From Alphaproteobacteria bacterium (GTDB lineage: Bacteria; Pseudomonadota; Alphaproteobacteria; MPNO01), in the NCBI GenBank assembly GCA_965248835.1, contig CBDFLJ010000002.1, positions 64,001 to 128,000 on the forward strand: a stretch of 64,000 bases of DNA, written 5' to 3'. Position 1 is the first letter of the stretch. The number at the start of each line of letters is the position of its first letter. This document shows, one piece after another, positions 9,414 to 19,084 of the stretch. The notes below the pieces were generated by a model. That model was given only the letters and a program-made list of their open reading frames with translations, was not told the DNA's origin and made no database searches. The position numbers and the translations under genes were made by a program.

Positions 9414-10604
9414 ATGGCGGGCGATGGCGAACGGATCCTCGCGACACATGTCGGCAGCCTGATCAGACCGCCGGACCTGATCACCCATCTGCGCAGGATC
9501 GAGGCCGGCGCGCCCTATGACGAGGCGGCCTATGAGGCATGCCTTGCGGACTCGATCGGCGAGGTGGTGCGGCGGCAGGCCGAAGTCGGCATCGACATCC
9601 TGAGCGACGGCGAGTTCGGCAAGAGCAGGAACTGGGCGTTCTACGTCCACGACCGTCTCGCCGGCATCGAACGCCGGCCGCTGCCGCCCGAGGCGGCGAC
9701 CGCCGAGGGTAAGCGGGCCTCGGTGGGCGGGCGCGACCGCGAGGCCTTTCCCGAGTTTTACGAGGCCTACGACGAGGCTTCCGGACTCAAGGCCCGGCTG
9801 GCCTTCATCGCGGTCTGTTCCGGCCCCATCCGCTATTGCGGCCAGGACCAGATCCAGCGCGATATCGCCAACCTCAAGGCAGCTGCCGCCAAGGTGGATG
9901 CCGTGGACGCCTTCCTGCCGGTCGTCGCGCCGGCGAGCGCGCTGCCCGAAGCGCACAACGAATACTATCCCGACGAGCGCAGCCTGGTGTTCGCCATCGC
10001 CGAGGCGCTGCGCGAGGAGTACCGAGCCATCGTCGATGCCGGGCTGATCGTTCAGATCGACGATGCGTTCCTGCCTTACATGTACGAACGGCTGGTCCCG
10101 CCGATGACGATGGGGCAGTATCGTGAATGGGCCGAACTGCGCATCGATGCCCTCAACCACGCGCTGGACGGGATTCCGCCGGAGCGTGTGCGCTACCACA
10201 TCTGCTGGGGAAGCTGGAACGGCCCGCACATGTTCGACGTGCCGATGAAGGACATCGTCGACCTGATTCTCAAGCTCAAGGTCGGCGGCTTCCTGTTCGA
10301 GAACGCCAACCCGAGGCACGAGCACGAATGGCGGGTCTGGGAGACGGTCAAGCCGCCGCCGGGCGCCACGCTGATACCCGGCGTGATCAGCCACGCCACC
10401 AATATCGTCGAGCATCCGGAGCTGGTGGCCGAGCGCCTGGTGCGCCTGGCCGGGCTGGTCGGGCGCGAGAACGTCATGGCCGGCACCGATTGCGGCTTCG
10501 CCCAAAGCCCGTTCGCCCAGCGGGTCCACCCGAGCATCATGTGGGCCAAGCTCCGCGCGCTGGTCGAAGGCGCCGAGATCGCGACCCGTCAATTATGGCG
10601 CTAA
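9414..10604 (+). CDS. Cobalamin-independent methionine synthase II family (core MetE C-terminal/EaCoMT-like) protein
   Basis: THVGSL, SDGEFGK, QIDDA, Zn ligands HICWG and DCGF, PRHEHEW and WAKL. The N-terminal folate-binding half of MetE is absent. Confidence 0.88.
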   Translation: MAGDGERILATHVGSLIRPPDLITHLRRIEAGAPYDEAAYEACLADSIGEVVRRQAEVGIDILSDGEFGKSRNWAFYVHDRLAGIERRPLPPEAATAEGKRASVGGRDREAFPEFYEAYDEASGLKARLAFIAVCSGPIRYCGQDQIQRDIANLKAAAAKVDAVDAFLPVVAPASALPEAHNEYYPDERSLVFAIAEALREEYRAIVDAGLIVQIDDAFLPYMYERLVPPMTMGQYREWAELRIDALNHALDGIPPERVRYHICWGSWNGPHMFDVPMKDIVDLILKLKVGGFLFENANPRHEHEWRVWETVKPPPGATLIPGVISHATNIVEHPELVAERLVRLAGLVGRENVMAGTDCGFAQSPFAQRVHPSIMWAKLRALVEGAEIATRQLWR

Positions 10605-10687
10605 GGCATGTTCCGACCGGATCGGGCCGGGCCGGTTGATGGCAAGCAGGCGCGCGGGGCTGCGAGCATCTGAGGAGGGAACGAGCG

Positions 10688-11389
10688 ATGGATACGCCGA
10701 GCAGAGAATTCGTCCAGGCCGAGAAGATCGCCCATGTCAGCCCGCTTGGCAGGTTGAAGGACAAGGTGCGGCCGTCGCATACCGCGCTGGTGGTCATCGA
10801 CGTGCAGAACGATTTCTGCGCGCCCGGCGGAATGATGGATCAGGAAGGCCACGATCTCGGTGCGGTGCAGGCGATGGCCGAGCGCTTGCCGGCATTGATT
10901 TCGGCCGCGCGTGCCGCTGGGGTGCTGGTGATCTTCGTCAAAAACGTCTATTCGACCGAGCACAATTTCTATCTCTCCGATTCCTGGCTCGAGCAGGCAT
11001 CGCGGGTGCGCGAGGGCAGCTACACCACCCGCGCGGTCTGCGCCGAGGGCTCCTGGGAGGGTGATTTCTACGGCGACGTGCGCCCTGAACCCGGCGACCC
11101 GGTGGTCCGAAAGCACCGCTTCAGCGCCTTCGCGAACACCGATCTGGAGACGATCCTGCGGGCGCACGGAACCCGCTCGATGGTGTTCACCGGGGTTGCC
11201 ACCAACGTCTGCGTCGAGACCACGGCGCGCGAGGGATTCATGCGCGACTATTACGTCGTCTTCACCTCCGACGGCACCGCGACCTATTCGGAAGAGGACC
11301 ACGAGGCGACGCTGCGGAACATCGACCGCTATTTCGGCCAGGTCGTGCCGGTCGGCGAACTGCAATCGATCTGGATGGCCAACGAATAG
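10688..11389 (+). CDS. Isochorismatase-family cysteine hydrolase (RutB-like amidohydrolase)
   Basis: VIDVQNDF, KHRFSAF, GVATNVCVETTAR. Confidence 0.88.
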   Translation: MDTPSREFVQAEKIAHVSPLGRLKDKVRPSHTALVVIDVQNDFCAPGGMMDQEGHDLGAVQAMAERLPALISAARAAGVLVIFVKNVYSTEHNFYLSDSWLEQASRVREGSYTTRAVCAEGSWEGDFYGDVRPEPGDPVVRKHRFSAFANTDLETILRAHGTRSMVFTGVATNVCVETTAREGFMRDYYVVFTSDGTATYSEEDHEATLRNIDRYFGQVVPVGELQSIWMANE

Positions 11390-11453
11390 AACTCGGGCGG
11401 CGCACCGGGCTTCCTGGAGCCCGACGCCGCAGCGCGGGATCGGGGCCTCCGCT

Positions 11454-12284
11454 TCAGTGCGCGAAAGCCTGGGCGATCGCGCGGCGGACGGCGGTGGCGT
11501 GGATCTGGCGGTCGATGGAATCGAGATCGGGGCGGGCCTCGGCGACGGCGGCCCGCGCTTCTTCGGCGCTCGGTCCGCCCGCCTGGAAGGTGGCCAGGCG
11601 CTCGGACAGGCCGCGCAGCAGGATCGGCGGAGCGTCGGTGCCGCCGAGGACCACGCGGCACAGGCCGCGCTCGGGGTCGAAGACCGCCGCCCCGATCGAA
11701 TCGGCGAGGTCGCCGGCCTTCTTCACCACCTTGTAATAACCCCAGCACGCGGCGTCGGAGAGCACCGGCACGTGGACGGCGGTCAGGATCTCGTCCGCCG
11801 CGAGCGTGCTGGTGAACGCGCTGACGAACAGATCGTCGATCGCGATCGACCTTCCGCCGTCCGGACCGTGGGCTTCGACCTCCACGCCCAGCGCCGCCAT
11901 CGCCGACGGCCAGTCGCCGCCGGGGTCGATGTGGGCCAGGCTGCCGCCGATGGTGCCGCGGTTGCGCACCGCCCGGTAGGCGATGCCGCGGGCCACCGAC
12001 CGGAGCATGCCCGCGGTCACGTCCGGCACCTTGCCGTCCTCGATCATCGCGTGGGTGAGGGTAGCGCCCATCAGTTGCGTGCCGTCCTTTCGCTCGCAGG
12101 ATCGGAGCCCGGCGATGAAGCGGATATCGACCAGCAGCGACGGCCGAGCGAGTCTGAGGTTCATCATCGGCACCAGGGACTGTCCGCCCGCCAGCACCCG
12201 TCCTTCGCCGCCCGATTGCGCCAGCAGGCCGATCGCGGCGGCCAGTTCCGTCGGCTGCTCGTAGTCGAACTTCGCCGGTTTCAT
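11454..12284 (-). CDS. Mo-hydroxylase FAD-binding medium subunit (CoxM/CutM-like)
   Basis: MKPAKFDY start (ATGA overlap with the large-subunit stop), LAGGQSLVPMMNLRL, RNRGTIGGS. Confidence 0.9.
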   Translation of the reverse strand: MKPAKFDYEQPTELAAAIGLLAQSGGEGRVLAGGQSLVPMMNLRLARPSLLVDIRFIAGLRSCERKDGTQLMGATLTHAMIEDGKVPDVTAGMLRSVARGIAYRAVRNRGTIGGSLAHIDPGGDWPSAMAALGVEVEAHGPDGGRSIAIDDLFVSAFTSTLAADEILTAVHVPVLSDAACWGYYKVVKKAGDLADSIGAAVFDPERGLCRVVLGGTDAPPILLRGLSERLATFQAGGPSAEEARAAVAEARPDLDSIDRQIHATAVRRAIAQAFAH

Positions 12285-14611
12285 CTGGCCGCCGCCTCGA
12301 TCGCCTGCAGCACCCGCCGGCGCGTCATCGGCGTTTCGCGCAGCTCGGCGCCATAAGATTTCAGCGCATCGTTGATCGCGTTGGCGATCGCGGCTGGCGG
12401 CGAGATCGCGCCGCCTTCGCCCACCCCCTTGATGCCGAACTCCGTCCAGGGCGAGGGAGTCTCGATATGCTCGACCCGGATCGCCGGCAGTTCGGCCGGG
12501 CTCGGCACCGTGTAGTCGAGGAAGGTGGTCGCCAGCGGCTGGCCGGTCGCCGAATAGGGCATCTCCTCGAACAGCGCGGTGCCGATGCCCTGGGCCGAGC
12601 CGCCCATGACCTGGCCCGCGACCACCATCGGGTTGACCATGCGTCCGCAATCCTCGACCGCCAGATAGTCGAGCAACTCGACCGAGCCGATCTCGGGATC
12701 AACCGCAACGAGGGCCGCGTTGGTCGCATAGGAGAACGCGCCGCTGTCGGGTACGGGGCGGTAGCCCATCGTCACCTCGACCCCGCCGCGGTCGACATCC
12801 TCGGGAAGCTCCTCGGGATGGAAATACCAGACCCGGCCGATCTCGGCGAGGTCGATTTCGCCGGACGGTCCGACCACCTTGGCATCGCGCACCGTGACCT
12901 CGTCCCTGGAACATTGCAGCAGATGCGCCCCGATCAGGGCGGTGCGCTCGGCGATCACCTTGCAGGCGCGCGAGACCGCACCGCCGGCCATGACCATCGA
13001 CCGCGAGGCGATGGTGCCGACCGAAAAAGGCGTCAGCGCGGTGTCGCCGTGGACCACGCTGACCCTGTCGGGATCGATGCCCAGGACTTCGCTCGCGACC
13101 TGGGCCATGGTGGTCTCCATCCCCTGGCCGTGACACTGCACGCCGATACCGAGCTCGAGCCCGCCGTCGGAGGTGAGCCGCGCCGTCGCCTGCTCGAAGC
13201 CCGGAATAAAATCGATCCCCCAGTTCTTGAACACCGAGGTGCCGTGCGCGGTCTGGGCGACGTAGGAGGCGAACCCCAACCCGATCAGCCGGCCGTCCGG
13301 CTCGCCGCGGCGCTGGCGCTCACGCACCGCCTCGACATCCATCAGCGCGACCGCGCGGCGCAGCCCGGCCGGGTAGTCGCCGCTGTCGTAATGCTTGCCC
13401 ATCAGGTTGATATAGGGAAGCTGGTCGGTGGTGATCATGTTCTCCAGGCGGACATCGACCGGGTCGCGCCCGACCTTGCGCGCAACGATGTCGATCATCA
13501 CGTCCATCGCGAAGCACACCCCGGTGCGCGCGACGCTGCGATAGGGCGTAAGCGGTGGCTTGTTGGTCACCATCGTATAGGTGTTCATCCGGTAGCAGGG
13601 GATCTCGTAGGGCCCGAGCAGGTTGCCGCCGGCCTGGGCGGCCTCCAGGGTCGAGGTCGAGGGCCAGACCGAATAGGCGCCGCCGTCGACCACAATCTCG
13701 GCATCGAGCGCCAGAATCTTGCCCCGCTCGTCGGTGTAGAAGGTCAGGTCGTACCAGTGCTCGCGCGCGTTCGCCCCAGCCGAGAGGTGCTCGTAGCGAT
13801 CCTCGGTCCAGCGCACCGGGTGGCCGAGATGGATAGCGAGCCATGCCAGCGCGATCTCCTCGACCTGGACGACGCACTTGTAGCCGAACCCGCCGCCGAC
13901 ATCGGGCGGGATCACCCGGACCTGCCGCTCTTCAAGGCCGAGCGCGGTCGCGATCGCCGAGCGGATCAGGTGCGGGATCTGGGTCGAGCTGATCGAGATG
14001 AGCTGGTCGGCCCGGTTGTCCCAATAGGCGATCGAGCCCTTGCCCTCCATCGGCACCTGGGCCTGGCGGGCGAGGCGAAGCTGGCGGTTGACCACCACCG
14101 GCGCGGTCGCGGCAACGGCATCGATTGCATCGTCGCGGAAGGTGTGCAACCCGACATTGTCGCCCCAGGATTCGAACAGCAGCGGACTGTCGGGCTTGCG
14201 CGCATCCAGCATGTCGGTGACCGCGGGCAGCTCCTCGAGGTCGAGCTCGATCTGCTCGGCGAGATCCTCGGCCTCGGCGCGGGTCGGGGCGACGCACATC
14301 GCCACGCATTCGCCGGCGAAGCGCACCTTGTCGGTCGCCAGTATCGGCCAGTCTGCCGCCTTGTAGCCGGGCAGGCTCGACATCGCGCGGATCGGCTTGA
14401 CGCCGGTCAGGTCTGCGGCGGTGAAGACGCGGTCCTCGCTGCCGGGCGGCTTGCGAACCGCACGGATGCGCGCATGCCCCATCGGGCTGCGCAGGAAGGC
14501 CACCTCCTTCATCCGGTCGAGCCTGATGTCGCCGACATATTCGCCGCGGCCGTGGAGGAAGCGGTCGTCCTCCTTGCGCGGTATCGATGCACCAACGCCC
14601 TTTTCGCCCAT
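12281..14611 (-). CDS. Mo-hydroxylase molybdopterin-binding large subunit (CoxL/CutL-like)
   Basis: GASIPRKEDDRFLHGRGEYVGD start, GGGFGYK, PYRSVAR, HGQG, KGVGEGG. It lacks the AYXCSFR motif of true form I CODH. Confidence 0.92.
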   Translation of the reverse strand: MGEKGVGASIPRKEDDRFLHGRGEYVGDIRLDRMKEVAFLRSPMGHARIRAVRKPPGSEDRVFTAADLTGVKPIRAMSSLPGYKAADWPILATDKVRFAGECVAMCVAPTRAEAEDLAEQIELDLEELPAVTDMLDARKPDSPLLFESWGDNVGLHTFRDDAIDAVAATAPVVVNRQLRLARQAQVPMEGKGSIAYWDNRADQLISISSTQIPHLIRSAIATALGLEERQVRVIPPDVGGGFGYKCVVQVEEIALAWLAIHLGHPVRWTEDRYEHLSAGANAREHWYDLTFYTDERGKILALDAEIVVDGGAYSVWPSTSTLEAAQAGGNLLGPYEIPCYRMNTYTMVTNKPPLTPYRSVARTGVCFAMDVMIDIVARKVGRDPVDVRLENMITTDQLPYINLMGKHYDSGDYPAGLRRAVALMDVEAVRERQRRGEPDGRLIGLGFASYVAQTAHGTSVFKNWGIDFIPGFEQATARLTSDGGLELGIGVQCHGQGMETTMAQVASEVLGIDPDRVSVVHGDTALTPFSVGTIASRSMVMAGGAVSRACKVIAERTALIGAHLLQCSRDEVTVRDAKVVGPSGEIDLAEIGRVWYFHPEELPEDVDRGGVEVTMGYRPVPDSGAFSYATNAALVAVDPEIGSVELLDYLAVEDCGRMVNPMVVAGQVMGGSAQGIGTALFEEMPYSATGQPLATTFLDYTVPSPAELPAIRVEHIETPSPWTEFGIKGVGEGGAISPPAAIANAINDALKSYGAELRETPMTRRRVLQAIEAAAR

Positions 14612-14682
14612 CGATGCCTCCGAGTCGTGCTGGCAGACACTGTCGCGTCTGGCCGGTCTTTGCAACCGCGGGGCCGGGCGGC

Positions 14683-15816
14683 TCAATCCGAAGCGGTGCC
14701 TTCGAAGTCGACATAGTCGAAGTCGAGGCCGAAATGACGCGGCCCCAGCAGCGCTCGTCCGGCCTCGCTGTGCCAGGCCGGATCGAGCGCCTTGACCGCG
14801 AAACCCACCACCTTGCGGCCGGACTCGACATCGCCCAGGGTGGTCAAGGGCCGGTTGGTCTCGGAATCGAGCAGCGCGATCACGTCGGGGCTGGTGGCGA
14901 TCACCGTCCCGTCGCGCCAAACCGCGTGGTGCTCGTTCTTGACCCAGATACGGAAGTCCGAGCCGGCCCAGCGGCCGGTGCCGGCGAAGTGGTAGTCGAG
15001 CTCGCGGAACGCGTAGGGCTGGGTGTCGCGCCACTCGGTCGCGGTGGCCTCGGCCTCGAACAGGACGCGGCCGCCGGTCTCGGCGGTCAGCGCATCGAGC
15101 CCGCGGCGGCGCAACGCGGCGCCGACGCGCAGCGCGGTAGACAGGCTGCCGCCGACCAACGCCGGGCCGGCATCGCGAAGGCGGACCAGGTGCCCGGTGG
15201 TGGCAATCCCTCGTCCGTAGGCCGCGCGGCTGACCATCCGGCCCAACCGGTCGGCCATCGCGGCCCCGACGGTGGATTTCAGGATCGTCCGGTTGCCCCA
15301 GCGGTCGACCATGACGACCGGCGCCGGCGGGCGTCCCTCGAGCTCCATCTTGTTGAGCGCGAGCTCCGGAATGGCGCGCCCGACATAGTCGCCGTCCAGC
15401 GTCGGGATGCCGAGCTCGAGCCCGGTCATTATGGTCGCCGCCGTCGCGGCGCTCGACAGCTCCATCGAGACCAGCGCGCCGAGCCTCACGCCGGCATAGT
15501 CGGCTAGCTCACGGGCCGATTCGACCAGCCGCGGAACGATGTCGGGAAACGCTTCGGCCTCCAGGCCGTAGCGCGCCAGCTCGTCGGCCGGCGGCGGCTC
15601 GTCGGGGTCCTTGCCGCCAACGATGATCGCCCAGCACGTCCAGGTGTCCTCGGGCAGTTCCTCGGCGGCGACCAGCGTGATCTCGCGCCCGGCGCGGACG
15701 GCCGGCGCCAGCAGATCACGCCCGGCCTCGATCCGGCCGCCGCCGCCGGTGCCGAAGAACGCCAAACCCCAGCACAGGTCCTCAACCGCCTCGAGATCGG
15801 AGATTACCGTCGCCAT
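14683..15816 (-). CDS. DUF917 family protein
   Basis: GLAFFGTGGGG, LDGDYVGRAIPEL, KNEH and SPDVI motifs. Confidence 0.8.
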   Translation of the reverse strand: MATVISDLEAVEDLCWGLAFFGTGGGGRIEAGRDLLAPAVRAGREITLVAAEELPEDTWTCWAIIVGGKDPDEPPPADELARYGLEAEAFPDIVPRLVESARELADYAGVRLGALVSMELSSAATAATIMTGLELGIPTLDGDYVGRAIPELALNKMELEGRPPAPVVMVDRWGNRTILKSTVGAAMADRLGRMVSRAAYGRGIATTGHLVRLRDAGPALVGGSLSTALRVGAALRRRGLDALTAETGGRVLFEAEATATEWRDTQPYAFRELDYHFAGTGRWAGSDFRIWVKNEHHAVWRDGTVIATSPDVIALLDSETNRPLTTLGDVESGRKVVGFAVKALDPAWHSEAGRALLGPRHFGLDFDYVDFEGTASD

Positions 15817-15985
15817 GGCGATGTCCCCCCGCAGCCCGTTTCCGCGCCTTCCCGCCCGCCGATCGTCTTCAGCCGTCGAACGACCGCACTGGCGTCCCGG
15901 CCGTTGGCATCCTGGCGGTTTCGCGAGGCTTGCGCTAGGCTGTGCGGCGGCACCCGGCGGCACCCGGCGGGCCAAGGAGGCGAGG

Positions 15986-17167
15986 ATGGCGACCACCTTA
16001 CACGGCGACCGCGAGCGCGGGTCCAACGTGCTCGATTGGGATGCGGAGATGGCGGCGCTGCATGAACGGACGCAGGCGCTGAACCTCTACGAGTTCTGGT
16101 CGGTCGGCAAGCAGGGCGAGCACGAGGCGGTCCGCGACCTCGCCCGGTTCGACCACGCGGTGCCGCATATCTGGAAGTACCGCGACGTCGGCCCCTGCCT
16201 GGAAAAGGCCGGCGCGTTGATCGACATGGAGGAGTCCGAGCGCCGCTCGCTGATCATGTGCAACCCGGCGCTCGAGGGGCTGATCGCGACCACGACGACG
16301 ATGTTCGCGGCCTACCGGATCAACAACCCCGACGAGATCGCCCCGCCGCACCGTCATTCGCCGAACGCGATCCGTTTCGGGTTGACCGGGCATACCAACT
16401 TCACTGGGATCGACGGCGAGCCGATCACCTTCGGCCCGGGCGACCTGGTGCTGACCCCGCACGATACCTGGCACGATCACGGCAACAGGGGCGAGGGCGG
16501 CGCGGTCAACCTCAGCGTGCTCGACATGCCGCTGGTCAACGTGCTCAACGCCACCTATTTCGACAGCGAGTATTTCGAGGACGACGGCCGGGGAGGGCGC
16601 GCGCGCCGCAACAGGCAGACCGACCGGCTGCACCCGGACTATTCACGACGCACCTACGGCACGGGCGGGCTTCTGCCGCGCACCGTCTCGCACGCCCGCG
16701 GTACCGGCAACGCCTCGCCGATGTACGTCTATCGCTGGGAGCCGACCCGGGAGCTTCTGGAGACGCTGCGCGAGAGCGAAGGCAGCGCTTACGACGGCGT
16801 GATGGTCGAATATGTCGACCCGACGACCGGCAAGGCGCCGTACGCGACGATGACGTTCTTCGCCAACATGCTGCGCCCGGGCGAGCGCACCTTGGCCTCG
16901 CGCCAGACCGCGAGCCTGATCTACACCGTGCTCGAGGGCAGCGGCCACAGCATCATCGGCGGGCAGCGGTTCGACTGGGAGCCGTTCGATACCTTCTGCG
17001 TTCCCGGCGGCTACTGGGTCGAGCATGTCAACGAGAGCCCGAGCGGCGATGCGATCCTGTTCGTCTCCAGCGACGAGCCGGTGCTCAAGGCGCTCCACTT
17101 CTATTCCCGTCACGGCCGCGAGGAGACCGGCGAGGAAGTTCTCCTGGAGACCTCGCGCCGCTTTTGA
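15986..17167 (+). CDS. Gentisate 1,2-dioxygenase-like bicupin ring-cleavage enzyme
   Basis: ERRSL..NP, HRHSPNAIRF, DLVLTP..TWHDH and LDMPLV motifs; RBS AGGAGG. Confidence 0.85.
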   Translation: MATTLHGDRERGSNVLDWDAEMAALHERTQALNLYEFWSVGKQGEHEAVRDLARFDHAVPHIWKYRDVGPCLEKAGALIDMEESERRSLIMCNPALEGLIATTTTMFAAYRINNPDEIAPPHRHSPNAIRFGLTGHTNFTGIDGEPITFGPGDLVLTPHDTWHDHGNRGEGGAVNLSVLDMPLVNVLNATYFDSEYFEDDGRGGRARRNRQTDRLHPDYSRRTYGTGGLLPRTVSHARGTGNASPMYVYRWEPTRELLETLRESEGSAYDGVMVEYVDPTTGKAPYATMTFFANMLRPGERTLASRQTASLIYTVLEGSGHSIIGGQRFDWEPFDTFCVPGGYWVEHVNESPSGDAILFVSSDEPVLKALHFYSRHGREETGEEVLLETSRRF

Positions 17168-17192
17168 GGACGCGCCGCGGCCAAGGCGATCC

Positions 17193-17222
17193 TTGACATC
17201 GCAGCCGCGCTTTCCACATTAT
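17193..17222 (+). promoter_or_regulatory. Sigma70-type promoter for tRNA-Ala
   Basis: TTGACA (17193) with an 18-bp spacer to CATTAT, 16 bp upstream of the tRNA. Confidence 0.6.
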
Positions 17223-17238
17223 CCGCGCCTTCGGTTGT

Positions 17239-17314
17239 GGGGCCGTAGCTCAGTTGGGAGAGCGCGACGTTCGCAATGTCGAGGTCAGGGGTTCGACTCC
17301 CCTCGGCTCCACCA
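17239..17314 (+). tRNA. tRNA-Ala(CGC)
   Basis: GGGGCCG acceptor stem with G3:U70, anticodon loop TTCGCAA, TTCGA T-loop, encoded CCA; 76 nt. Confidence 0.97.
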
Positions 17315-17899
17315 TTCTTCAAGACACAACGCGTCTCTCCGGGGTGACTCTCCGGAGAGACGTGCGTCCAAAAGCCCCTTATTTTCAAACGGTTTGGGTG
17401 TTCCTCGCATCATTTCCGCTCCGTTGCCCACCGGTCGAATTCGTCCTGTTCCGCCGCCTTTTATTCTCTGTTCAGCCCGTATTCTCCGTTCCTTCTGGAC
17501 TTCGTCCAAACCTCATCCAGACGGGTTAATTTGTTGTATATCAATGAGTTGAACCAAAAGCGGCCATTTTCGGGAGTTGCGGAAGCTCTCCCTGTGCTCG
17601 GCGTTGAACAACCGAGAGTTCGAACGGTTGGTCCAGAAATCGATTCCTCCCTCTCGTCTGAATACCGATTCCCACACCTTCCGACAGTCGGTGCCCGCCT
17701 CCGGTAGGTAGCCGCCGCCAACTGGTGCTCTGGGTCCGCTGCGCGCGCCTCAGCGGTTGGTTCGACGACTACTGAAACGACCGCCTGCGCATGGCCGCAT
17801 GAGCCGGTTGGCGCTTGCTCACTTACAACTTGTCGCTCACCCAACGCCAGATATTCCTTGCTTTTTCTGGCGCAATGGCAGGAAGATATGTTCGTTCTA

Positions 17900-18733
17900 G
17901 GGTCCAGACTCAATTGAGCCAGTAGGCGAGGATAGCGGCAAGACAGACTGCGGAGAGGAAGTTTCGAGCGAGCTTGTCGTAGCGGGTGGCGATGCGGCGG
18001 AAGTCCTTGAGCCGGCAGAACATGCGCTCGATGACGTTGCGGTCGCGGTAGGTTTTGGCGTCGAAGGGGTGGAGATTGATGCGGTTGGCCTTGTTAGGGA
18101 TGACGGGCGTTGCGTTGCGGCTGGCGATGTCGGCGCGCAGCGCATCGCCGTCATAGGCCTTGTCAGCGATCAGCGCGGTCATGGGCGGCGCCACGGCCAG
18201 CACATCGACCGCGGCCGCGATATCGGCCTTCTGGCCTGGGCTCAGGACGAACGCCACCGGGCGGCAGCGCGGATCGCTCAGGGCGTGGATTTTTGTCGTC
18301 CGCCCGCCGCGCGAGCGTCCGATGGCCTGATTCTTCTCCCCCCTTTTCCGCCCGCCGCCGAGCGGTGCGCCTTGACCGAACTGGAATCGAGCGCCAGCGC
18401 CACCGGTTCCTCGGCGTTGGCGGCCAGCGCGGCGAAGATCGCCTGCCAGCAGCCGCGTTTGGACCAGCGGTTGAAGCGGTTGTAGATGGTGGTGTACGGA
18501 CCATACGCGGCAGGACAGTCGCGCCAGCGCGCGCCGCATTGCAGCATATGGATAATGCCGCTGATGATCCGCCGATCATCCGAACGCCTTGGCCCCGTCA
18601 GACCCTGCGGCAAATGCGGCTTGATCCGAGCCCATTGCCCTTCACTCAACCAGAACAGTCCACCGCCCATCGATCCCCTCCATAACAATTCAATCCAACA
18701 AGAGAATCACATTCTACAATTAGGTACAGACCC
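17900..18733 (-). mobile_element. IS5 family element (IS427-like group), 834 bp
   Basis: Inverted repeats GGGTCCAGACTCAATTG / GGGTCTGTACCTAATTG, each end in a CTAG context (TA duplication). Two overlapping ORFs with slippery AAAAGGGGGG at 18338-18347. Confidence 0.92.
17910..18688 (-). CDS. tnp: IS5-family transposase, orfA (18278-18688) plus orfB joined by a -1 frameshift
   Basis: orfA: DDRRIISGI, GPYTTIYNRFNRW, DSSSVKAHRSAAG. orfB: GRSRGGRTTKIH, ADKAYD, RNVIERMFCRLKDFRRIATRYDK. Confidence 0.9.
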
Positions 18734-19084
18734 TAGATCAGCGTAGAGTCAGGCATGGCTTGTACTCCCGCGTTATCGTTGAACTGCAACCGGCACATGG
18801 TGTTGCGCGCAGTTCAGGAATGTCCACGGTTATCCATGGTGGGAGCGCGGTCTTCGGAAGTCTCCGGAGCCGCGCCTTTTTTTGCCCGGTTCCATAAACA
18901 TTTGGAGTCCAAAACCATGGATAGACTTAATTACCTACCAGAGCTCGGTCGCGTTGTGTCTCCGGGCAACCAACCCGCAAACACGCTCGAACTTGGCTTA
19001 GCGAGGATCGAGATCGCCCGGTCACTATGGGTGGGCCCAATTGTAACGGATCGCCAAGAGCTACATCACAAAGGAGGTTTCAAC

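Noticed and set aside
12281-14611. Aerobic carbon monoxide dehydrogenase
   Set aside because: The active-site loop is PYRSVAR, not the form I AYXCSFR, and there are no coxS or accessory genes.
17461-17913. 150-aa ORF interrupted by IS5
   Set aside because: It starts inside the IS end. Rejoining the flanks gave no convincing gene in the frames I read.
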